Of a stretch of 64,000 nt of DNA, positions 41,263 to 51,745 are shown piece after piece (the stretch's first letter is position 1; each line of letters opens with the position of its first letter). The stretch is taken from the NCBI RefSeq assembly GCF_009914755.1, contig NC_060935.1. One strand, written 5' to 3'. The notes under the pieces were generated by a model, which saw only the letters and a program-made list of their open reading frames with translations, was not told the DNA's origin and searched no databases. Both the position numbers and the translations under genes were made by a program. The DNA is from the human T2T-CHM13v2.0 reference genome, Homo sapiens.

Positions 41263-43094
41263 GTGACCCAGGAGTCACATTCTGATGTTTGTAAATATGT
41301 GTGTGTGTGTGTGTCTATACTAGTGGTCCAGATTTAATGACTTGTTACATAAAAATATATGAAATATCTTAAAACATACCACTCTCAATAAAATTCTTTG
41401 TTATATTTTATAAAGGTCCAATTAACAAAAAAGTTTATTCTAGAATAAAAGATCATGACATTAGTGGTCTATTGTGTGCAGAGAAAAAAAAGACGAAAAA
41501 TGTTTCTATCCTTTGAATTTTAACCATCTTAAAGTTTTGGATAACTGTAACAAGAATCATGTTAAATCATGTTAAAACATGAGAAACTATATACCATAAG
41601 AGAGAATTCAACAGAACCAAGTGATAAGTAGTTCTTGTAACAATAGAAATAAAAGCAAACACTTTTAAAATGTAATATAAATAAAATAAAACAAAAGTCA
41701 AAATAGATAAAAATATTAGATGAAACTTTATTGCACCAATGTGATAAAATAATAGACCGCAAATGAACTGCAAACTCTTTGGCAAAACTTGTTGTCTCAG
41801 AAAGACAAGATAACCCTAAAAAATTATGAATTATCTAAGGAAGTGCAAGAGCTAATTACTGAAAAGGTAGAAGCATAATTCAAATTAAAACTAATCTACT
41901 CAAAGGAAGGTTATATATGCTGTTTGTGGCAATGCATATGGTCTCAATTTCTATCAATCAATACATAAGAAGTATATCTCAGTACAGATTAGCCAAAGTA
42001 CTAGGAATTTATTATTCAAAAGTAATCTGAATTTAGTTAAGATATTGTTAGTGAAGCTTTTATTACTTTGCTTATGAATTTAAATGAGAAAAATGTAAAG
42101 CTAAATTCATAAAGACAACTGTTAGTAGGTAAGAGTAAAAAGAAATTTCCCAAAGCCCATTATGAAAGGAACTTTGGACTTAAGTTTTCCTGCACTTCCA
42201 AAATATAACAATGAAATAGCAAAACAATTGTTATCTCTTTATCTAAATTATTTATGGAGCTTCCGCTGAATAAAGTACTTTTCTCCTTTCAAAAAGATGA
42301 GGAGGGAAAACATTTACAATTTACTGAGTTTACAAAACAATGCATGTCATACCCATACTTTGGAACAGAAGATGATAATAGAGAAAATCCAAGATGATAT
42401 TTGGGCACACTTTTCATATTTTTAATTATTTTTTTCATGTTGTTTACTGTCTACATCTTATACATGGAGGAAAATTGACTGCTAAAGTTCATTTTAAAAG
42501 TAGTAAAAAGCAAATTCTATAGAACTCTGCAAAATGATCCACAGAATGCTTCCGGGTTGTAGTTGTAAAAGAATTGGTCATCAAAACATAAATACCTACC
42601 TGTTTGAAATTCAAATAGAAAACAGAAAGGCTTACAAAAGAGTGAGCAGCAGGGAGTTCTTTAATAAAACTTGCAAACACAGAAAATGAAACTTTAGTAC
42701 CCAGACACATTAAAACACTCCCCTAGTAAAATAAAAAGGGGAAACACTTTATATTGACTTTAAAAAAAAAAAAAAAAGATTCCTATTTTAGGTTGTCTTA
42801 ACTGCTTCTTAATTATTTTTTCTCAAAGGCAATCACTTTCCTTTTGGACTTCTTTCTCCAAGAAATGTAAGCTTAAAATGTTAACCAAGGATGTAATTCA
42901 CTTAAATTATGCAACTGGAATTCCACAGCTGGTCTGGCCGGCTCAGTGCTGAATGAACACAGTGTCAGAAAACCTTCTCAATAATAATGCCCTGTTCGTG
43001 ACAAGGGGTAAATCTCCCAAACTTGGGCTCAACTTCAGAGGCTCATTAGCTACAGCAAGTGAATGTCAGTGGGGTGACAACAGCGGGACAGCAG

Positions 43095-43104
43095 CGCCCA
43101 CGCA
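43095..43104 (-). promoter_or_regulatory. EGR-family binding motif
   Basis: Minus strand TGCGTGGGCG, an exact EGR1 consensus, overlapping a CAGCTG E-box. Confidence 0.45.
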
Positions 43105-43662
43105 GCTGAAGCAACCAGCCCACCCAGAGCTGACGATTTGTATAATCAGTATCACCAATTTCCAGTGAAAATCATTTGTTGATATGCACAGGATGGTCAG
43201 GTATCCCACAGAGCACATCTAATGCCATTACAGTCACTAGATTTAACCCCCCGGCTCTTAAACAATTCAGCTGCAAGAACACAGGAAGCTCACAGCACTT
43301 TTTAAAAGAAAGACAAAATCATAATTCAAAGCATGCTTTATAGCTTTTTACCTTCTCTGATTTCTTGGTTCTGGCCTACCTAAATAATTTTCATCTTTTC
43401 TTCCCCCCTCTCCACCCCCCAACTATGAGCGTGAACCTGAATTACAAACAGTTAAACCTGAAGGTCACTTCACAGCAGCGTTCCAACATGCTCCCCCAGC
43501 GAGGCTGCACGGCAACAATAAAACAAAGCCTTTGCAACCACCTGTAATAATCTGCCTGCTCAGCCAGCAATCCGAAAAGTCCTGAAGCTACACAAGGTAG
43601 ACATTTTCTGCAGCTGGTTTAACATGTATATTGTGCCCAGTTGCCGGCTCGCCTCCTCTTAC

Positions 43663-43704
43663 CTTCACGTTAGTCCGGAGTGCACAGTAACATGCAAAGA
43701 ACAT
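43663..43704 (-). CDS. DLG2: First coding exon of the DLG2 (PSD-93/chapsyn-110) alpha isoform: MFFACYCALRTNVK, phase-0 donor
   Basis: Hand translation of the minus strand: ATG TTC TTT GCA TGT TAC TGT GCA CTC CGG ACT AAC GTG AAG, then GTAAGAGG (intron starts at 43662). Matches the remembered PSD-93 alpha N-terminus MFFACYCALRTNVK|KYRYQDED with palmitoylated Cys5/Cys7. The next exon is not in the window. Confidence 0.97.
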
Positions 43705-44000
43705 TGCAGTAAATAAGGAGCATATGGACCGGTATTCAGCTTCTCAGCACAGCGCAAGCCCCACACACACGATCCTGGGCATGTGCTACTAAAGAGCATC
43801 CGTTCCCTCTGTCAGTTTGAAAATGCATTGATCTCTGTTTTCTCTGACTACAAAACGACATGTCTTGAAGGCACTGAGTGAGAGCTCAAAATCTCTTCAT
43901 TGGCTATATATAGCATTATGCCCAGTAATTTCAATTAGATGAGAATTCAGCGTCTGAAAGTTAAGACCTCAGTTGCTTTTCCTTCTAGCATTTTAAATCA
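43705..44000 (-). other. DLG2: 5' UTR portion of the DLG2 alpha first exon (5' boundary approximate)
   Basis: Repeat-free sequence directly upstream of the ATG, bounded by a pyrimidine tract and promoter motifs at 44001-44100. The TSS is inferred, not observed. Confidence 0.7.
43904..43913. promoter_or_regulatory. MEF2-consensus / TATA-like palindrome next to a second CCAAT
   Basis: CTATATATAG equals CTA(A/T)4TAG; the gene strand reads GCTATATATAGCCAATG. Confidence 0.4.
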
Positions 44001-44089
44001 CTGGATTAAAAAAAAAAAAGAAGAAGAAGAAGGAGGGGGGAATGAGCTCACTCAGGAAGGAGGGGGGGAAAGGTGAAGAATTGAAATTT

Positions 44090-44099
44090 AACCAATGAG
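44090..44099 (+). promoter_or_regulatory. CCAAT box (NF-Y consensus) of the alpha promoter
   Basis: AACCAATGAG fits RRCCAATSRG and lies about 90 nt upstream of the inferred 5' end. Confidence 0.5.
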
Positions 44100-46399
44100 T
44101 TACTTATATTTCTGGAGAGCCCCGGTGTTATCCTATTAAATACTTTACAATGGGATCGCATCGCAGACTGTAAATGAAGAGGAAACCCTTCTTCCTTTGG
44201 AGGTTTAATATGAGCTCTGCACTATATTCCAGGCTATTCTGGTGCAGCACCCTGTTTGGCAAATACTACAAATCACCGCAAGCATGTCTCATTCTGCTTC
44301 TCCATGTGGAACAGGACCAGGACCAGAGGATCATTGTCATATAAAGTCCCCTAAAATGTGAACTGGGTTCCTCTGGGGTGATCTGTGGTTAAAGGACTGA
44401 GAAGTACCACCTTCTCCTACTTCCCTGCCCTGTTACATCTTTTAGAGCTATCTAAAGTTGCCAGACTCCATAATAAAATGATGTGGCCAATTTTCCAAAA
44501 CTATGTTTTATTGGTACATGACAATCAGTAATGAGATGGGGTTGAAATGGAGACAGAAGATTTCAGGGGATAACATAACCTCAGATTCAGTAGCAACTGC
44601 TGCTGAATGTAAAATGTTCAGCAGGCTCCAGAAGGGAGAGAGCAAGAGAGAAAAATAAAAGCTTCTGCCCCTATAAGTCCGTAAGGAAAAAAAAAAATTA
44701 AAAACATCCGTCAGATCCTTCTATCTGTTGTCATTCCTGTCAGGCACCGGATGCTGCAAATTAACTCAATTTTTACTTAATCAAAAGGACAAAGTACAAT
44801 TTAGGGTGCTATACCCTTATTTCCAGCCTTGGGAAGCCGATTCTCAGCTAGAATTCTAAAGCTATCTGGCAAAATGCAAGCAGAAATGAACAGTTTTCAC
44901 TGCAGCAAAAATAGTGGGAGGAAAAAAAGTGGTTATGTCTTTGCCACGATGCTCCCCATCAGCTTCCAGCAACAAGGAAGATCAGCATAACTCACTAGAA
45001 AAAGCTGCAGTGACTTTTAGGATCTTTCTTTAATATGCTTTGCATAAGCCACCTCCCCTCTGGAGCCTGCAGAAGTGCTGAAGCACCATCAGAGTTACTG
45101 GGCATTTCTCCTGGGCAATGAGGTGAGGCAGCTTCAGGAGGAAGAAAGGTATTTCAGGGAGAGAAATTAAAGGAAGAAGAAAAGCAGGATTTTCTATTTC
45201 TCTCTTAATGACAAGCATTCAGAAAGTGTCGTCAGTTCTGACTAAATAGCTATTTTGGGCTGTCATTGTTTGTGCCTTTTTTTAGGAAGAAAAAGGCAGT
45301 CTTATCCTAAGCTGGAGATCCTTGGGCAACGTAAGAGAAGGCAGCCACTTATTTTGATTTCCAGTTCCGTCTGTCTTAGGAGCCTAGGTAATTTACAAAT
45401 TATAAGCACTTACAACACAACCAGTGACTTCCAGGACATTAAAAAATCGACATGGATGCCCAGCTCTCATCATTCCACAACTTTTTCTACGGACTTTAAA
45501 TGCAAAACTGAGTATTTCAGTTAATAACACTTTCCCCTCCCAAGGTTATAGCAGGTCACATTTCCTGCAGCTCTTCCTAATAAATGAACCCAAATATAAC
45601 AACTCAATGCCATGCAAAACATAGAAGAACTTAAAAATGCCTTTCTCCACTGAGGATTCAGAGGAACTTTTAAAAACCTACTTTATTCAACCTGTGAATA
45701 AGTACCATTTTTTTCCATTAGAAGCTGGGAAAATGAAATTTACCTATTTTATTAATATTATTTTAGTAGTTGCCGGGATATTTGGATGGCCCAGGAGAGA
45801 GAGACCAAAAAGAACTGGAAAATGTTACAAATCTCAGAACAGCTCGCAAGCAAGGATTAAATGAAACAAGTTACAGGTGAAGAAGTACATGTAGGTTTCC
45901 CTGTCAAGGCTATCAGGGAGGACTTCTAACAGGGCTTTAGATACCATTTTAATGTGTATACATTTTTTTAAAAAGGCCCTTAGCCTTAAAAACTTCTTTA
46001 AAACACCTGAGTATACCTGTCTAGCCTACAAAATCCCAGTGCTATACCTGTAGATTTACTGCCTAATTTTCTTAAGTGGACTAGGATAGCCAACTTACTA
46101 TTCTCATTTTATAGATGCAGGAAATGGGGCATTAACTACAATGGCAATGTCCCACTAAAGAATATTCCATATTTTAAGGCAAGGAATTCATCAGAACAGT
46201 ATATCTGCAAGAATAATAACATTTGCTATAGTAGAAGAAAGTTATAACTGCCTATGCATATTTTTGTAGGCAATAGAGTAAGTCTAGGCTTCCATACTGC
46301 AAGTGAGTAGTCCTGGAAAATCACTTCCATGCCAGATTCCCATTTGTAAAATGGGGATAACATGTATCTCATAGTGTCCAATGAGAATATTAATGATGA

Positions 46400-47295
46400 A
46401 CCCTGCCATCAAAATAAACTCTGGAAGGATCAATGATTTAAATATAAAAATTGAAACTGTAAACATACTAGAAGAAAACACAGATTTGATTTTGCATAAT
46501 ATTGGAATACAGGAGCCTGAAGCCATGCAAGAAAAGATAGACAATTGTGACTATATGAAAATATAAAACTTCTCCTTGGGTAAATTATACACAATGACAA
46601 ACAACAAACTGGGAAACTATTTACAACACATTCCATTGGGAATTGTTTTAATATACAAAGAACTTTCATAAATCACTAAGAGAAAACATAAAACTGAATG
46701 AAGCACTCAAAGAACATAAAGTAGCAATTCACAAAAAGACCACAAAACACATTTAAAATGCTCAACCTCATATTTAAGAAAAAACATAAAAGTTAGAAAA
46801 GGTTATTAAAATTGACACATCAAGTATTTATGGAGATGCATTAATTGGTAAAAACTTTTTGGAAGGTAGTTTGGAATTATCTATCAAATATTTAAAGAGG
46901 CAAATTATGATTGATGTAGTGATTCAACTTTCAGGAATTTATCCCAGATATATGTGTGTATGTGTATCTAAAATATCCATCAGTATGGAATTTATTTCTT
47001 TAAATTACAGTTTATTCATAACATAGGAATATAAGATATATATACATATTCTTATGTGGAAAGATGTCCAAGTTATATATAATATTATATGTAAAAATAA
47101 GTTTGCAAAAGAACTGATATTGTGTGAGGCTATTTGTATTTGTATATTTACATACACTTGTAGGGAGAGGTGTGGGGTGTGGGTGTGTGTCTGTGCATGT
47201 GTGAAATTTTAACAGTGTTGCTATTGGCTTAGGAAGGGATGCATGACAGTTTTTATTTTATACCTCTATACTATAGGAAATCATTCACAATGAAC
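46400..47295 (+). mobile_element. Old L1M(E) ORF2 and 3' fragments
   Basis: ORF 46381-46566 KINSGRINDLNIKIETVNILEEN...QEKIDNCDYMKI is L1 ORF2-like. Confidence 0.8.
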
Positions 47296-47964
47296 AACTT
47301 ATCCAATCCAACTATCCCTTGTCAGTAAATGAGAGAAATACAGATATAAGGAAGAAGGAAATACTAGAAACTGTGAGGGGATTTACCCCATTGCACTCCA
47401 TGAGCAAAAGTCAGGGAATGATTGTGAGAGGAGAAATAAGAATCTATCAATTTCTGAATTGATCTTAGATCTGAGTGTCTCTCTGAATGTGAACATCTCC
47501 CAGTAATGCATGTAATTCTAGTGTGTATGTATGTTTTTCTTAAAGCATAGCCCTTAAATACAAGCCAACTACCTTGATTCCCAAAAGGAAAAAGTGACTA
47601 TCAAGAAAATTGGACTAGTTGATTTTCACCTTATGCACTGAATTTAAACCTATCTACATATATTTGGCTTGTATTTTTAACAGTGGGCATGTAATACTTT
47701 AAAAAACATAACCTGGATTATAAAAAAAGTTTTCAATATTAAAGCAATATGCAACTACAATTTGTTACAAATACAATAACAGCAACACCCTCTTTTAATA
47801 TGGACAAATAATTCATATTGCTAGACATCTTTTTCCTAATCTATAAAATAAGGAGATTGGACTATCTAGTTCTTATAGGTAGATAGAGTAGTTTTGTTAG
47901 ATACCTTGCTTTTTGTTTTGTTTTCTTTAGATAGGACAAATTAGGTAAGTTTATACGTTAAGGA

Positions 47965-48084
47965 TTCTCTAGATTGTACTACAGGCCAATTAAGTCAGAA
48001 TTTCTGAGGGTGGGAATCAGGAATCAGTATTCTATAGAGCTCCCCAAGTGATTCCAGTGTCCAGCTAGGATTGAGAATTACTGC
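47965..48084. mobile_element. MER5A-like fragment
   Basis: tcagaatttctgagggtggg...ctccccaagtgattcc...ttgagaattactg. Confidence 0.75.
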
Positions 48085-48089
48085 CTTAG

Positions 48090-48382
48090 AGCATGGGTCA
48101 GCAAACTGATTCTGTAAATGGCCGGATAATAAATATTTCAGGCTTGTAAGCCATACGATCTGTCACAACTACTCCATTTTAATGTTGTAGAGAGAAAGTA
48201 GCCTACATAAATATCTACTTAAACAGACATTACATAGTGTGTTCCAATAAAACTTTATTATTGATAAACATTAAAATTGAATTTCATATAATGTTCACAT
48301 GTCAGAAAATATTATGATGATGATTATTTTAACCATTTAAAAATGTACACCATTTCTTAGCTTGTAAATTGCCGACTTTTTT
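48090..48382. mobile_element. MER58B-like hAT element
   Basis: ggtcagcaaact...tctgtaaatggccggataataaatattt...ccaataaaactttatt. Confidence 0.8.
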
Positions 48383-48397
48383 CTCTAAAGTCTAGAG

Positions 48398-48580
48398 CAG
48401 TGGTACTCAAAGTGCAGTCTTTGGGCTAGGTGCATCAGTGTATGTTAGGAATTTGTTAGAAATAGAAATTCTCCATACCCCAGACCTACTGAATCAAAAA
48501 CACTAGGTATGTGGCTCAGGTATCTGTGTTAACAAGCCCTCCAGGTGATTTTCAAGTAAGCTAAGGTTTGAGAATCACTG
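48398..48580. mobile_element. MER5A, full length
   Basis: TIRs cagtggtactcaaa and tttgagaatcactg; body cagacctactgaatca. Confidence 0.9.
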
Positions 48581-48834
48581 CTCTGAAGAAAGAGAGGAAA
48601 ATTGATGGCTTTGGCTCTCACAAAAAATAGGAAGATATCAACTCCAGAGCACAGGTATAAAAATTAACTTTATAGAAGAGGAAAGTATAGAAAACAAACA
48701 GAAGGTAATTTCTGTTGTAAATGAGATAATTTTAGAGTGGAGGCTAAAGATTCTGAGATGGATGCCACTTGAGAAAGGAACTATATAATACCTGATAATT
48801 TAGAATCCTTTCTCTCTTAAAAACTCTAACAGCT

Positions 48835-49085
48835 CTTGGGCCTTTGAGTAAAAAAATAAAATAAAATAAAAACAGACCTTGGTTTAAATTCCTTTTCTTG
48901 CACTTGCCAGCTGTGTGACCTTGGGTAAGTTACATAACTTCTCTCTGCCACAGAGTATTCCTCTGTAAAATAAAGGTAACAAATCTACTTCATAGGGATG
49001 TTGTGAGAAGTCAAATATATAACTTGTGCACATTGCTAGTCCCATTACCTAGAACATGGTAAATGTAATAAGTGGTAGTTTTTAG
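48835..49085 (+). mobile_element. MIR
   Basis: cagctgtgtgaccttgggtaagttacataacttctct. Confidence 0.85.
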
Positions 49086-49544
49086 TGAAAAGAGAACTGA
49101 AATGATAGAGGTAAAGGTGAAGGTAAAAAGGTGCTATCATTCCTTTTGACTGGCTTCTTTTAAATACCTAGACGATTCTTTCAGGGGTTTGTAGATCATC
49201 TAGAACTTCCCTAGTATTTCCAGTCAGCCATAAAGAGGATTCTCAGAAAGTCTGGCAATCTCATTATAAACCCTGAATCAATTTACTATTATTGGAATTT
49301 CTTGCATCCTCCTTGGGATTTTCCTGAGATAATAATACCCAATTTACAAATTAAAAATCATTTCAGGGCTTCTCAAAAATTTCCACAAAAGTATCCCTAA
49401 AGTCATAAGATAATGCATTTATATACCTGGAAGTGTATAAAATATATAAAATTGGATGTCATTTTGTTTCATTTCTTATCTTAAAAATTGATATAAATTT
49501 AACAAGCCAAGAAGGCTATGCAATACTTATAATACTCTCTGATA

Positions 49545-49610
<66 letters not shown>
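49545..49610. repeat. (TG)13(TA)20 compound microsatellite
   Basis: Counted directly. Confidence 0.97.
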
Positions 49611-49613
<3 letters not shown>

Positions 49614-49689
49614 CTGTGAATGCCTAGGGGTAGGGGTATTCTTGCCTCAGCTCACAAGTAAAGATATATCCCATTTGATTTTTGATCCT

Positions 49690-49830
49690 TACATAAGCCC
49701 TAAAGATACTGCCACCATCCCCTGGTGTCCAGTGAGGAAAACTGACACAGTGATTAAGCAAATTATTCAGATTTATACAGAAGCTAGAGGTGGAACTCCA
49801 ATACTAAGTCTTTTAATTGTAAAGCCCAGA
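49690..49830 (-). mobile_element. MIR
   Basis: gtgaggaaaactgacacagtgattaagcaaatt. Confidence 0.65.
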
Positions 49831-51269
49831 GGAAATTTCTCAAGACCCCAGTGCCTATACAGTGGTTGATTAACTCTTTCACACAAAACAATTCTTTTAT
49901 ATATAAATATGTTTCATATTCTACTTACAACCATGATAATATAACCTACTTTTACATGGAATTTAAAAACTCAACATAACATATGATATAAAGAATTAAA
50001 CTTAAAGTTGAAATTAAAATAACGTATACTTCAATGGCAATACTCAGGCAAAATTCCATCAATGGCATAATTAAATGGGCAGGTGCTTGCACCCACATGT
50101 ATAGACAGATGCAGGTATATTGAATTGGCTACACAAAGCTTAAAAGCAGCACTGCTATCAGTGACACAATATTCTGAACTGTTGAAAACTTTTGGTAAAG
50201 TTCTGAGTAAAACAAAGAACATTCTTCCCTTATATCAGAACGGAATTTCTTATAGAGAAATTGCGTTATTGAAAACTTCAGTGTATATCAACTTAATGCA
50301 AGAGATGCTTTGTGTTAAATACATAAAACGAAGTATGATTCCAGGCTCAGGAAATTTTATCAAGTATCTAATATAAATTAATGTCCAGTAAGATATTTAA
50401 AGAGGGTAGTACTGGCCTTAATGAGAACCACTTGAACGCACAGCCTGAGAGTAAATGTAGATTTAGGAATACATACTTGCAAAGATTTTTTTAAATTCCT
50501 TACCACAATTACTCACCACCCTGTACCAAGGAAGTTCTACATGTACTTTCAGAGTGTAAAAAGCCTACTCTTCTGGATAAGAGAAAAGTCTAAGAATGAG
50601 TGCCTCACAAGCAATCACACATTCTAAATTAAAAGACTGAAAGGACAATGGAATGGACATATCTTAACCAATAAAGAAAAAAAGCCTTCAGGGAGTGACC
50701 ATCTCAAAATCCTGTTACTCCTTAATGGTTGGATCAGAGGCTATCTTTTTATGAGATCAGCCCCTACAGAGTCTTTTTTCTGAATGCCTTCAACATGTAT
50801 TATTTGTATTGCCCAATTTAGTACCTGATTATACAGTGTCTTGTATTGTTCTCTTATTGCCTTTTGTGCCTAAAATTCATCTCAACCCCACATTAAGCAC
50901 TTCAAAAGTAAAGGACAACTATGAGCTGGAAAATAGTTCCCTTGAGCACATAGTATTGTTAATTATTCTTCATGAACTGACAGATTGGTGAGCAGCTGGA
51001 AAAAAATTAATGAAAAACCTCAAAAAGGCTCCAACACTGCCTGATAATCCTACCCTGTTCTTTGAACAACCTCCTCCATCCTCTTTTGAAAGGCGATTGC
51101 AAACATTCTCCACTCTCCTCAAACCTCACACCTTCCTCCATCCTCATTCCACTTAGTAGATAGTTGCCTTCTACTAAGAAGAAAACAAAAACAAAACAAA
51201 CAGAGAAAACAAAAGCCAACACACAAGTCCTCAACTTTTACCGCAAAATAAAAGAAAAATCAGTGACTG

Positions 51270-51745
51270 CCCTTCCTTCTTTTGCTCCTCTCAGTGTATG
51301 TTCCCCTCTCATCAAGACTGGATCTTTCTCTCTTCGTGATCCTCCTTATGACAATTTATATTCATGTGCAAGACTTTCCCATCTAAAAACAAATGCAAAA
51401 CTATAACTACTTCCTCTAATCACAGTTCCATATCAAGCTACTACTATCCTTCCTCATTCCTTGACACACAACCTTTTTAGGAAAGCCAGCCCCTCACTCT
51501 CCATCCATTTCCTCATTTTCCACACTGACTCTGACTTCTTAACACATTGATTTATGTCCTGTCCCCAGCCCCTTAAAATTGGGCATCACAACCAACATGT
51601 CACTTATTTAACTGTCACTTCTCTATCTTCACCCTCACCCTCCACACTTCTGGGCAGATTCCAAACAGCTGAGCTTCCCCTCCTCTTGAAACACCCTTAC
51701 CCTACGGCTTCTGACCTTAGGTTTCCCCACCACAACCTTTCAGTA
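51270..51745 (+). mobile_element. L2, 5' part, interrupted by an L1
   Basis: CT-rich L2 body (cccctcctcttgaaacacc) that resumes after 55320. Confidence 0.65.

Noticed and set aside
42925-42953. Possible REST/RE1 site (minus strand TTCAGCACT...GGCCAG)
   Set aside because: Only the left half matches well, and the spacing is non-canonical.
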